Shown here one piece after another: positions 1 through 12,440 of a stretch of DNA of 35,892 bases. The notes under the pieces were generated by a model. The model did not search any database, was not told the DNA's origin, and saw nothing but the letters and a program-made list of their open reading frames with translations. Position 1 is the first letter of the stretch. Each line of letters begins with the position of its first letter. The DNA is taken from the NCBI GenBank assembly GCA_000320545.1, contig ADNK01000162.1, positions 1-35,892 on the forward strand. Reading direction: 5' to 3'. The DNA comes from Bigelowiella natans CCMP2755 (taxonomy: Eukaryota > Protista > Cercozoa). A program made the translations under genes and the position numbers.

Positions 1-4
1 CTCT

Positions 5-40
<36 letters not shown>

Positions 41-210
41 GTGTGTGTCTGTTTTCTCAGCGCGCGTGTGCATTCCCCCCTCCCCCCTTCCCTATTTTGC
101 ATCCAAGCCCTACTCGCCTACCGTACATGAGAGATGGCAAACACAACTGCACACACACACACACACACACACGCGCGCGCACACTCACACTCACATGTGG
201 AGAGTGTGGA

Positions 211-214
<4 letters not shown>

Positions 215-262
<48 letters not shown>
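215..262. repeat. (TA)n microsatellite, one of dozens of intronic SSRs: (CA)n, (TA)n, (GA)n, (GAT)n, (GAG)n, (CAG)n, (GTA)n
   Basis: Directly visible. Similar tracts occur at 1371-1418, 2750-2810, 8514-8546, 9050-9087, 15273-15378, 16629-16714, 22196-22257, 31881-31947 and 33957-33992. Confidence 0.95.
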
Positions 263-264
<2 letters not shown>

Positions 265-291
265 TGACATATGTATACTATATAGCGAAAC

Positions 292-1378
292 CTTAGCATG
301 AAGTCGACAGCGCTCCACCGGAAGAACTGCGTTTGCTTTTGGAACCACACGTTGATGATGATCGGGTGGAGGAGGTACATCCCGAACGACAGACGAGCGG
401 GGACAACCCACGCGTCGTGGTTGAGAAACCAACCGACGATCCCTGTCATCATATCCGTGTGTAGGTGGTAGCAAGAGAGTGGGGGGAAAGGAGCAGCAAG
501 AGGAGGAGGGGGGGGGGGAAAGAGGAGACATCAACATCCTGACCCCGCGTACGTCCAAAATTCTCCGTATTGACTAGTATCAATCACTACTACCACCGCT
601 GCTTCTATCACTACTTGCTACATATAACAATAGCACCCATACTATACAACTACAGCTCTTCGTCTCCTCCTCCACCTCCTCGTCTTCATTCTTCTTATGT
701 ACCTGCTTTGTCCTGGAATGCCACCCAGCACAACAGGCCCAGCCCCACGCACCACGCGGGCTTCGTAAGGCTTGCATATCTGATGGATAAGAATTGCATG
801 GAGGACGACGATGAAGAAGAAGAATACGATTATGATGATGATGATGATGATGATGATGACGACGATGATGACGATGATGACGATGGTGAGAACAGCGTAC
901 AGCAGATAGGCGAAACGGAGAGGCAAATAGCACAGCAAGCAAGAAATATTTATTTCATTATGCAGCATTGCGAAGATGAATAACCCAACTCCTCGGCCAT
1001 AGAAGGTATCATTATTATTCTAATTATTTAATTTATTACGTTGCTCGCTCGGTCGTATCCCACTCCGGCCCGCTCCCTAATGGTGTGACAGCAGATGTAG
1101 ATGGCGAGAGTGGGGGAGAAGAACAAGGAGGAGGAGGAGGAGGAGGAGGAGGAGGAGGAGAAATAATGAGGCTGAACGTTGATGAATAATACAAATCATT
1201 ATAATTATTATATACGAGCCCTCAAGGAGAAGATGGGACTTCTTGAATAATTAGTCGGTCGGAAGCACTATTATTATCATTATTATTATTATTACTATCA
1301 TCATGATCAATAATTACTATCATCACGCGATAGAGCAGATACACCCTAACAGCAGCGACACGTTAACACACATACACA

Positions 1379-1421
<43 letters not shown>

Positions 1422-2388
1422 CACACCACCATCACACCATCAACACGACATCTGCTGATATAATAATGAATTACCACACAGGACGGGCCCTTGTGGCCAC
1501 ATCATGTAGCTGCAGGGGCGTGCCTGATCGGCGTCGACACCCCCAAATACGCACAGTAGGAGCAGCAGCAGCGCAATGGTTTCGAGCATGCTCGCCATGA
1601 AAGGATCGAGATCCACCTTCGCGCCGCCCACAACGGCGGTTTTCCGCATCCCTTGTTGTTGTTGTTGTACACGGTGGGGGGTAAACACAAGCATTTAGAG
1701 GGTGGTGGTTGATATGTGGGATATATAGCGACGACGACGACGACAACGACGACGACAAGGTCCGACTATACGCACACCGTTGTTGTTGGTGACGACGACG
1801 ATGGTGATGATGTTCTTTTGCGTGCGCGCTGCTCCCTCTCTTACCAAGGATGCAGGCATGAGGACAGGCAGAAAAGCCATTCTCACAGCTTGGCAGCAGT
1901 AGGCATCATGCATGATCCTCACCACCACCATCATCATCTAACGAAAGACGGCCCATCAGCTGAGCTGCACTCGTCGTTGCTGTTGTCGTCGTCGTCGTCG
2001 ATGTTGTGCTTGTTGTCGTACCTGGGACGACCGCGTTTGGATCGGCTTGTCCGATAGCATGGGTGCGCTGGGAGCCGGGGGGGTGGATGGAGAGCCACGT
2101 TATTGCCAATAGCGTTCCTATCAAGTACGCGGGGATGCGGAAGTAGGGCATGATGTACCCCTCCCTGTCGTAGGCGCCCACAGCTGCCCCGTCTAAATCT
2201 GCTGCTGACCAGTGCTCCGACTTTGCGACCAGGAACGCTGACGTCGTCGAGACCGTGATGATGAAAGTGCAAAGGGCCACCTGATGTGGTGTGATGTAAC
2301 AACGGCAGCAAAGCAGCAGCAGCAGCAGCAGCAGGGGTAGGCAGTCAGTGAGCAGTATAGATGTTGTTAGTTTCCACGTACGTATGCG

Positions 2389-2422
<34 letters not shown>

Positions 2423-2736
2423 ATACATACATACATAATTCCTCCCCCCACCCACGAAATATAATCGCGCATACTCTCCTCCGTTATCATCATCCGCGTG
2501 CGGTGTACTGTACTTACCGTCCATTTGACTGAGCGACGATAGGCAACGATGAACAACGGAGTGAGAAGATAGAACTGCATGTCGTTGGCGAGGTACCTGA
2601 ACAACGAGGGGGGGGAGGAGGTTTAGAGCAACATCAACAGTAAGAGTTTGGTTATGCGGCACAAACTCGAAGGCATCAGTGGAACACAAACCATCGGAGT
2701 TTTCAGTAGTATCACCACGTAAATATTTAATATATG

Positions 2737-2776
<40 letters not shown>

Positions 2777-5700
2777 GTTTCTGAAATATATATATATATA
2801 TATATATAATATATATTCTGCTATTTTTGCTTCATGCTGTTGCTGCTACTGTTTGGGTATGAGAAATAATACCAGCCATGGAAAAAGCACGTGCCATTCT
2901 CCCCGTAACCGAAAGGAACTAGATTGTTAATGTACAAGATATTCGTCCACCTAGTAGAGAGGGGGCGAGGAAGGGGGGGGGGGGGAGGGGGGGTCGATGA
3001 CGATTAGGCAAAGGATGTAAAGATCTTAGTCTTTGTCGGTCTTCCAGTTAGTACCAGAAATTGTCACAAAGCTCAGCGTAACCACGCCAATGAAACCACA
3101 TCGGCCCCGATCCCAAGAGCGGGGCGATCTTCCACCACAGCAAGATGCAGAACATGTACGTCGGTGTCAATCGAATCCATCGGTGCGCTGCGTACCTAGG
3201 TAAGTAAGTACCCACCAGCGGAGGAGAGATGAGCTCTTTGTTGTTATTGACGCTCACAAATCAGAATGATCTCATCATCGCGCACGCCTCGTCCCTCCCC
3301 AACCACCCCCTCTCGTTATCATCATGAGCATCAATCATCATACCCCAGCACCCAGCGGGCAGTAATCTCCGTCCCCTTCGTGAGCCTCTGCATGACGCTG
3401 TGGAAGACCAGGAACCCGGAGATGAAGAAGAACGTGTCGACTGCGTAACGCGAAGAGAACAGAATCTGCGCGAGCCAGCCCTTCAGGGCCCCGGTAGGCG
3501 GCAGAATCGCGAAGGGGTTTATGTACCCAATGCTCGCTTCAAACGCCAGCTCATGGCCCAGAATCACCCACCCCATGGACATGGCGCGCAGCCCGTCAAG
3601 GCAGCGAAACCTGTGAGGACGGGCTCGATGTGAAATGATGTGGCGGCGGCGGTGGTGGTGGTGGTGGTGGTGGTGGTGGTGGGGGTGTGTTTGTGGGGTT
3701 GTTTATGAGAGATGTGCATCATCATATCGCATCGTATCAGTTCACAGGAGCATGAGAGATGTGCATCATATCGCATCGTATCAGTTCACAGGAGCAGACA
3801 GATGGAGGGTGGGTGCTCTCTCACGCACTCTTTGTTGCGGCGACGTGTATTGAAAAGCCGATTCAGGTTTCGTCGCGCGCTGAAGGCGGTTCCAAACCGG
3901 CCTAGCCCTTGGAACATGTTCGGCATCCAATATTCTGAGCATAGGCGAATATCATATTGATGATTTAGATACTTTAGTGGGGGGGGGGGGCAGGCGATCG
4001 GGGGAAGAACCAAGAAGGTGGCTATTTTCCGAACTTGTTTTGTACATTTGTGATCATGCCAGTGATGCTTCCTAGCAGATACAGTGCTGCATTCGAGCGA
4101 CGACAACACTTGCGAATGCTTACTAACACTTACCCATAACTGTGGTGATTGTGACGACAACAAGCAGAAGAGCTGTGATAATGATCACAACAGCTGCAGT
4201 TGTATCCACCGAAAATGCGTGAGATCCGCACGTGAAGTCAGCTTGCGTTGCTGCTCCCAGTCGAATTGTATCGCGGACATTGACGAGGTACTGTTTGCCT
4301 AGTTCGGAGAGGGGAATCTTGGACTCCGACGACAGCGTTTCATCGAGAAACTACTCCGTGTAAAGGATGTGATATTTGTGGGAGGGAGTAGGAGACGAGA
4401 CGTCAAAATAAATGCAGGACAGAATTTGTTTCGTGAACAAAAAGTAACTACTCACATTTGAATTACGTACTAGAGCCCCGACATGATCAATTGTGTCATC
4501 GTAGATCTTTAGATTCTTTCTCTATATCAACTTTTTTCTGAGTTGTGGTTTGGCTCGTATCATGTATATTTCTTCTTTATTTGCAGTATTGCCAACTATT
4601 CTCTGCCCTTCGCTGGATCAATACTCTCTTCGAGCCTTTAATTACCTTCTTCAGTCCCTCCGATCGCAGATTAGAGGCAGAACACTCGCTTGGCAGACAC
4701 AGCCCTCCAAGCGCACCCCCTTCAGTCCTTGGAAGTCCAAAGATATTGATCAGGCCTAGGACACACATGTGTGCTCCCTTTGCGGCGGAGAGACCGGCAG
4801 CGTGCAGAATGGGGGACGCGGCGCTGCACTCATCGAAATCTCCAATCTTGGCCGGGTAGCCAAGGCCCAGTTCCTGAAAGTATGAGGAGATTTAAGTGAG
4901 TTTTGAATTTAGAGTATGATTATGGGTAGTCTTCAATTCATTTTATTTCGGGGGTGCCTTCGCATCTTCGCGTTTAGATGTTATTTTGTTTTCATAGCTG
5001 GTCATCGCATTTGATTCGAGATCGACCCTGTTCGCAAGAATGGCCTGAGAGGATTTGGTGCTAGAATCTTGCATGATGACAAGAGCATTGGATGGGCGGT
5101 GCTCACGAGCTACATCTGCAAGAGCTTGGGCGCAGGAGAGATGCGTGTCGGTGTCGGAAGCACGGGAGGGGCCCCCATGGTGTTCCATTCCTCGTTGGTA
5201 GCTGCAAAGTGTCGATTTTGATTGTTGCGATCAGAGTACTACTTTTTAATGCGCAAAATTTTGATACATTTAGATGGAAAAGTTTCCGTCGGAGGATGCA
5301 TTGATCCTACCGGTAGACCCTTTTCCCGAAATAATGAACGAATCTAGAGCTCGCACATTTATTCGACCCTGCACACCTCCAAAACCCTCGACAAAAACTT
5401 AAGCTTTCTCGTAAAATTTCGTTCCTCGAGCGTAGATGCGGGAACACGCGTTTGGACGCGAATTTTGCATGCCTGCTTTTCGTTGCAAACCAAGAGAAAA
5501 ACTACTTGCGCGTCCCTAGTCGTTCGAAATACGTCCTAAAACAGGCCCCCAGCCCCCCCCCCCTCCCTATTCCTCCGATAGAGCTACCTTGTATTTGTTC
5601 CTCCCCCGAATGTTCCTTATGATTTTCTTTCCGGAAGCAGCAGACGGTAAGAGGAACGTTGAGGGGAGGTGAGCAGAATAACAAACAGAAGAGGATGCCC

Positions 5701-6269
5701 TAATGATTTTAAGACGGAAACTAGAATTCTTCTTAGTATAGATGCACAAAATAACGGCCCATGTCTCTCTCAAATGAAGAAGATATCATGTCGTATGATT
5801 CAAATTACATTCGATTCGGAAAATATGTCATAGAGCCGTGTGCACAAGTTAGATATTCCGGAAAACTGGCAAAAACCAGGAGTGCCGTATTCTTCCATCA
5901 GAATCTGGCTTATTCTGATGTCGCAGAATTTTATGAGGGGCCTTTTTTTTCCGACAGAGTCGTTAAGCTACGAGTGCGTCGCACACAGTGGACCTACAAA
6001 TGGCCTCCAGTTACCAAAAATAAATGGCCCGAGCCTTTTGGATATTCATGGATATCCTAAACGACAACCTAATCATTTTGTCGTAAGTACAAGATATACT
6101 TAATTATGAAATGCCGGTTCTCATGAGAACATTCAAAAAATAGTCTATATTTTAATCTAAAGACAATTAAATTTTCAATGTATGAGTGCCTTCTCGGCAT
6201 CACCGCAACTGCGGCATCGGGCTTTTGCACTTCAGGTTGCAGTACTGGCATCGTAGCCGTAAGATCCAT
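292..6269 (-). CDS. NRF-6-like O-acyltransferase (N-terminal NRF domain + acyltransferase-3 membrane domain); multi-exon; 3' end lies beyond the left edge; 5' exons above ~5200 are tentative
   Basis: Spliced exons give NRF-type motifs VIMQDSSTK, KIGDFDEC and GLCLPSECS (4600-5130). Acyl_transf_3 motifs follow: LDGLRAMSMGWVILGH and AVDTFFFISGFLV (3340-3610), HRWIRLTPTY, WTNILYINN, GWYLANDMQFYLLTP, YIMPYFRIPAYLIG, YASLTKPAW and ARLSFGMYLLHP (292-443). A phase-consistent but tentative 5' path runs from ATG 6269 through a hydrophobic HLFLGILFCLLFCS segment. Confidence 0.88.
792..885 (+). repeat. Dispersed intronic repeat, copy 1 (aattgcatggagga...gaagaatacgat followed by a (GAT/GAC)n tail)
   Basis: Same head and tail as 8192-8275. 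Confidence 0.55.
3706..3795. repeat. Intronic tandem duplication, 2 x ~45 bp
   Basis: atgagagatgtgcatc(atc)atatcgcatcgtatcagttcacaggagc occurs twice in tandem, differing by one ATC unit. Confidence 0.9.
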
Positions 6270-6381
6270 ATAATTTTATCAAATAAAGAAGGTAAAGTAA
6301 CTATATTTCAATAAAAATCGCACTTATTCTTAGATTTTCGATGTTACAAAAACAAAATTTGTATCTAAATCGAAAGGGAAA
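6270..6381. promoter_or_regulatory. Putative compact bidirectional promoter (NRF-6-like gene / eIF3d)
   Basis: AT-rich 112-bp spacer between divergent ATGs at 6269 (-) and 6382 (+). It depends on the tentative 5' exons of the minus-strand gene. Confidence 0.35.
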
Positions 6382-8512
6382 ATGAACCCGCAAGGCGATG
6401 GCGCCCCCCCCTCCGAGCCTAAGTTCCTGATGAATCACTACAAATCATCCGGTTTCCACATTCCTCAGATCATCGATCACGCAACAGGATGGGGACCAGC
6501 CGAATATGAGCCTTCCGACCTTGGGAAGCTTCAGTTCATTCCATTCGACAAGGGCGACAAGCTCTCGCACATTTCAGATTGGAACCAGAGCTCACACTAT
6601 CAGAGTACAGTTCTCTACCCATTGATGTTCCACACAAAAAGAAACACAGACCTAGCGAAGAATGTATCGCATGCCTTTTTGTATTGTGTCTGACTCTGCT
6701 GATGCTCAAATCTGCCCTGAACTCAGGGAGGCTGCAGCAGTTCTCTGGAGGATCCAATGTGTTCAATTACGAGCATGTAGATAATGAAAGCGAGTTCCTC
6801 GTCATCGATCGCGCACCCAAACCGAAGGTACTTGAATGGGGGTAGAATGGAGGAAAATTTCAGAGAAAAACGCACCCATGAAACGCAGGAGAATAAGAAT
6901 AAAGAAGGAAAACGCTTCACGCATACTTACACTACGTACATGTGTAAATGCCATAATATCTACCTCATTGGATATCGTCTATTCTACACTCTTACCGTTT
7001 TCCATTGAATGAATTATTGGCGCAGGTGCGAAAGCACCGCCGTAAGGGCTTCCAGCAACAGCGGAATCGTAGGTTCCAAAATCGCCGTGGCCGCTTCCAA
7101 CAACAAGGTATGCTACCTTGAAATACTAAAAATAATGTCTCAATGCTAAAATAATGTGTCACGACGAGAAGCATACGGCATGGGACATATTCACGTGGTA
7201 AATAAATAATGCGGCATTATCACCCCGATAATCTACGACTATCATACAGGCGTCTCGCAGCGTGGGGGTCGCACGGGTGTCGCTCGAAGAACAAACAAGA
7301 AAAGAAACTTGCGCCACAGAGGAAGGAGACACTTCCAAGAAGAACAGAAGAAAGATCCTTCGGTACTTTATTTTTTTTTAAATTCGGCACATTTAAAAGC
7401 CAAAAATTCTTTTTTCTTATGGACGAAGTGGTTGGGATTGTTGTGTATGCTTTAAAAAAAAATTCGGTATGATGCTTCCTCGTTCAAGAAGAAGGAGTGG
7501 GGCGGCGATCATCGTCGATTCACCCTAATGACGTATATGTCATAGTTACTCTGACCGGATCCACGCGACTACCATCCATCGCAGCCATTGCGTTTCATAC
7601 ACGCCGATGTATTCCTCGGCATTGGCACTTTTTCTTCCGTAGTCCAAATGATGAACCTCCTCACGTACCCTCCCCTGCTTGCCATTCGGGTATGTCGCTC
7701 GTTTGCGTCTGCCTAAAAATAACAGGTTGTTATCAAGGAGGAATGGAAACTCGCTTCACAGCTTGAAATCTCGTCGCTGCGCGTAGGACTCGATCCTGGC
7801 CAGGTAGGATGATATGCATGTTTCGAGGCGTACAATTACTTAGTTCTTCTACATCACAAGGGCCGTCAGTGCCGGGATGCATGTATTTTGCGTAAAAGTG
7901 CTTATGGCCGTCCGTCGCTTGTATTATGCTCAGGGCGAGACTCTAGAATCCTACGGAGAGATTCGCGAATATGACGTCTCCTACTCACGTATCAACCCAC
8001 GAAACCCTGTCGATCTTAAGGTTAGTGCTGCGCTGAGCGTTTTGTAGCGTGCACGTCAATTGCTTTGCCTCCATTCCTCACCCGCTCTCCATCCGCCCGA
8101 TGTTTCAATTTTTTCATTTCTTCAACTCGTTCAGGCATTCAAGGAGGTCTTTTCGTTCGCGACTACCTCTGTGGATCCGGTACAGCAGCAAAATTGCATG
8201 GAGGAAAACGAAGAAGAAGAAATAGAAGAATACGATGATGATGATGATGACGATGACGATGACGATGATGATGATAAGTCAAAACGGAGTTGTAGTAGCT
8301 TTGTGCACGGAACCCGATTTCCGACGAATCATCGAAGTAGAATTTCATGACTGCTGCTGCTATCGTTATAGGTAATCAAGAGGCTTGCCGGCCAGAAGAA
8401 GGGAAACATCTTCATGACAGACACGATGTAAGCGCAGCAGCAGTTGTAGTCTCCCTCCTTAAAAGTCTGAATCATATTTTCAAAAATTGAAAATTTAGAG
8501 ATAATTATAAAT

Positions 8513-8547
<35 letters not shown>

Positions 8548-8747
8548 CCTGCCCGGGAGGTGTGCGATTGTGTTAGAACAAAGCGAAGAATTTCTTGAAG
8601 TCTTTCCTCTGAGTACTGATGTTCCTATCCCTTTATCATCCCGCTAATATTTAGAGCTGCAGTGCTGATGACGACTCCTCAATCTGCACATTCCTGGGAT
8701 GTTGTTGTTACAAAGAGAGATGGGTAATAAAAGCCCCTCCCTTCCCC

Positions 8748-8801
<54 letters not shown>

Positions 8802-9052
8802 ATGATGATGCATACGATCTGACACTTCGTATTTCTAGTGGCTACCCCCTCTCACCCCTTCCAATTTCTTGAATGATAAATAGAATGATTTACTTCGACA
8901 AACGTGGAAACTCGAGAATGGATTTCCTTACGGTATGTGGTGGGATGTTGATGGTTATGAGTATCATGATGATGATTCGCCATGCTCCATGTGCTACTGT
9001 ACTAATGACGTATGTGTACAATATTAATAAGAAATTTGATGATGGTTGTTTA

Positions 9053-9091
<39 letters not shown>

Positions 9092-10986
9092 ATACTTAGG
9101 TAAATGAGAACTGGCACGAGAGCAAAGAAACGGACGCAAAGAACCTCAACCATGTGACCAAGCTGTCGGAAGAGGCAACATGGATCAACCACAATTTCAT
9201 TAGCCAGGTAGTATGGTTTCATCACTAGAGAAGAACCAGCAACAAGAAGAAGCTCCCGCTCCCCCTACCCCTCCCTCCCCTCTCTTCTCCTCCGCCGGCA
9301 GCATATTCCCCGAAGCGAGCATGCTTCATTTTCGCCGCTTGCTCAATCTCCGCTGTCTGATGTTATCATCGCAACCGTTAGGTCTTGACCGCGAAGGCGC
9401 AGAAGTTTGATCGATCGCCCCTGTTCAATGATCTGGGGGCAGCCGACGGTGTCCCTGCCCCAATCGCTTATCACTATAGAAAATGGTCCTTGGGAGGGAA
9501 CCGGGAGCTCATCGTCCGTTGCGAGATAAACGGTTGGTGCGCGGGGGGGTTGGAGAGAGGAAGGACGACAAAGCTGAAAAAGATAGAGATAGCATTAAAT
9601 CCATGATGAAGTCCATCGTCATGTTCATTTCGTGATATTCTCTCCCTGCCCACTCTCTCTCTCTGTTTTCCTGCCCTCTATCTAGGTTACGAGACGCGTA
9701 AGGATAAGAAAGAATACTTCGTGTCGCGTGCAATCAATGAATGGACAAACAGCAGGGTGAGTGTTGGTGGTGGTGGTAGTGGTGTCCAATAATCACACGA
9801 ATACTACTAGTAGTTCGACCGTTATCGTCATCATGACCGAATGTGACTATACCCTCTTACCGCTCCTCGTATCATCATCTTCATCATCGCCATCGTCGTT
9901 AATCATCATAATCATCATCGAGCCAAGATACTGTTCTCACCGATGCCCCTCCGCCATCACCACCTGCAGGAGTCTGGAAATCTTGACTACCGCACTAAAC
10001 TCGAGTCGCAAGCAGGTGTGTGCTAGCCAGGATCATCATCATCATCATCATCATCACCATCATCGCCATCCCTATCGCCTCCCAGTACAGAGCGTCGTCA
10101 ATGATGTAGAATATGCAAAACTGTTGCAAATGTCAGATTCTCTCAAGCGGTTCGCTCAGTGTTCCTCCCTCTTACCATTCATTTCATCCCGTTCATTAGG
10201 TGCGGTGCTGGCTGCCGAGATGAAGAACAACGCATCGAAGCTCGCTAAGTGGACTGTGAAGGTGCGCGAATACTCTTTCTCATTCCCAAACGCCTGTGTG
10301 ATACCATGGCTGTGCATTCGAAACGTCACACAAAGTAGCGATTTCCTATGTTGACACGAGTAAAAACACTGATGATTTTGGCCGCGACACGACAAACCAT
10401 CAGAATGTTGAAATTTGATTATCAGACCTCATGCCAAATTGTAATTGCGCTCTCTCTCTCTCTCTCCCCCCCCCCCCTCCCTTTACTGATGTGTGTTCGG
10501 CTTGTAGGCGCTGCTCTCCGGAGCGGATCAGTTAAAGTTGGGTTATGTGACGAGAGCAAACGTACGCAGCAACCATTCGCACCAGGTCCTCCTCGTGCAG
10601 CGCCATAAGCCTGACGACTTCGCGAAGCTGATGCAGATCAAACCCGTCGTCTTCTGGGGTAATTAAGGAGGGATAATATATGCAGAGAGAAAGAGAAAGA
10701 GAGAGGCATTCATCCACATATTTTTCAATTTGATAACATGCAACTATGGTGTTTATCCTGCTTTCCTCTGTTTGCATTCTCCCTTTTGACCTTTGCGTTT
10801 TCCAAATCGATTTGATACAACGAAGGCACACTATCGAAGATCGTAAGCGCCATCAATGAGCTGGATGACGGCAACTATCTGATCCTGCGTGATCCTAACG
10901 AGCAGCTCCTCCACATTCATTCCATCCCCGAGGACGCCTTTGATGGCGACTTCGACGACGATGACGATGGTGCTGACATGGAGTAG
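6382..10986 (+). CDS. EIF3D: Eukaryotic translation initiation factor 3 subunit D, about 16 exons
   Basis: Exons splice in phase to give GWGP...FIPFDKGDKLSHISDW, DPSVVIKEEW, GNIFMTDTIAAVLM...SAHSWDVVV, YFDKR...DFLTVNE, EATWINHNF, YHYRKW...LIVRCEING, GAVLAAEMKNNASKLAKWT, LKLGYVTR and GNYLILRDPNEQLLHIHSIPEDAF. Stop TAG at 10984-10986. Confidence 0.96.
8192..8275 (+). repeat. Dispersed intronic repeat, copy 2
   Basis: aattgcatggaggaaaacgaagaagaagaaatagaagaatacgatgatgat matches 792-885. Confidence 0.55.
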
Positions 10987-11340
10987 AGGCAGAGCTGAAT
11001 TAAGCAGTGAGTATGACGTTGAGATGGACGGGTGTAAATGTAGCTGGTATAGCAAGCCCTTATTTTAAGCACAGTCAATCGACTGCAGAAATGCCACGAT
11101 AAATGTAGCCGTGATAATGATAGCATTGATAAGTTTATCAAGTAATAGATCCATAGCATGCAACAATTTAAGCCTCATGGTCCAAATAGCGCATCGTGTG
11201 GTGCACTAGTACCAAGACCACATACATCGGGCGCATAGAATGACGAAGGTAATCTAGAAATGCGTGGCACACATTCACACCACTAGACCAATTTATTTGC
11301 CTACATTCTGGCTGCTCGCATTAGTGTCGTCGGTCGAGCT

Positions 11341-11810
11341 GAGATGCTAGCACGCATGACAGGCAGCTTGCACGCTAGCACGGCTAGACGGGTCGCACAA
11401 TGCTAGAATGACCCGCATGCGATGCCATGCTAGCATGAACAATGATGGAGTGCTATTGTGTGTTAAGCTAGTAAGTGTGAAGCTACATGCTAGCATGCAA
11501 GCACACAATGCGAACGAGCTTGCTAGCTTGATGAAGGCAATGATGTGTTCATTCCGATCCAAATTGCACTCAATCAACATTTTTCTGCGGTGCGAGTTCC
11601 TCCCAATCTAGCAATGCTGGAAGGTGTGTGGCACCACGGCTGTCCTCGTCGCACGTGCTAGTGTGGGCAAGATTGTTGTGCACATTGTTCGATCAACAAA
11701 ACATTTTTCACAGCTAGACAGCTAGACAGGCTAGCAGGCTAGCAGGGCTAGAGCGCTAGAGGGCTCTGTGCATGGCTAGATGGGGCTAGCGCTAGAGCAC
11801 GCTAGCCAGA
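11341..11810. repeat. CTAG/GCTAGC-saturated intergenic island, possibly a decayed repeat
   Basis: About 20 CTAG tetramers counted in about 470 bp, 10 of them in 11711-11806, plus many GCATG/TGCA words. About 2 would be expected at uniform composition. Confidence 0.6.
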
Positions 11811-12440
11811 GGGGAGCATGACACATCAAGACGCAATGCGTTCTTCTTCTGCTTTGTTGTTTTGGGTCAGGGCGAGGCCACTTGCACGTTTGCGTTCTTG
11901 CGCCTCCTTCCATTTGGTGCTTTTGCATGATGACGTAGCAAGTTGACAGCACGGCCGTGCTGTTGCCGTGCTGGCGTGCAAAATCATCATGCAGTGAGGA
12001 TTTCCCTTTCTCCAAATGAGAGAGCCAAGAAACTGTCATGGGCCGCTAGGAAAGAAACGAATGTGAGAGCATGGTGCCGCAGACCACCAGCACTGCTAGA
12101 CTGGAGCACCCCGTAAACAAAAGGTGTTGCATTTGTTGTCTGGGGTGATCCGCGCTGGTGAAACCGATTGCTGAGATTACAACGTGCTGCCGTTTCGGAT
12201 CCGGAGGGCAATTGTTCGACCATATTGATGTGGTTTTTGTGGTACGACATGCATATTTTGAATGTCGTAGACTGTAAATCGAAAACGGGCTCACTCCTTT
12301 ACCCCACCGATCACATATCTCATCACCCATAGCTTGAGAGCGCGTACCCATGGGTGAATAAAAAGCTGGGGTTAGAAGAACGCTACAGATTTTAAATTGG
12401 AAATATTGTTTTCCGAACACATCTTCAAGGCAGTTGAAAC

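Noticed and set aside
39-2930. Many ORFs with poly-YI, HT, CV, D or I runs here and throughout the window
   Set aside because: These are translations of intronic microsatellites.
5993-6014. Possible 21-nt GT-AG mini-intron on the minus strand, resembling nucleomorph introns
   Set aside because: Splicing it gives a short dead-end peptide. The same donor fits a normal-length intron of the NRF-6-like gene.
5761-6060. 99-aa plus-strand ORF (MSLSNEEDIMSYDSNYIRFGKY...)
   Set aside because: No recognisable motif, and it lies antisense to the tentative 5' exons and introns of the NRF-6-like gene. It cannot be excluded without stranded RNA data.
11776-12420. Minus-strand ORFs next to the CTAG island as possible transposase or RT remnants
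   Set aside because: No DDE, RT, integrase or recombinase motif was recognisable, and no terminal repeats or target-site duplications were seen.
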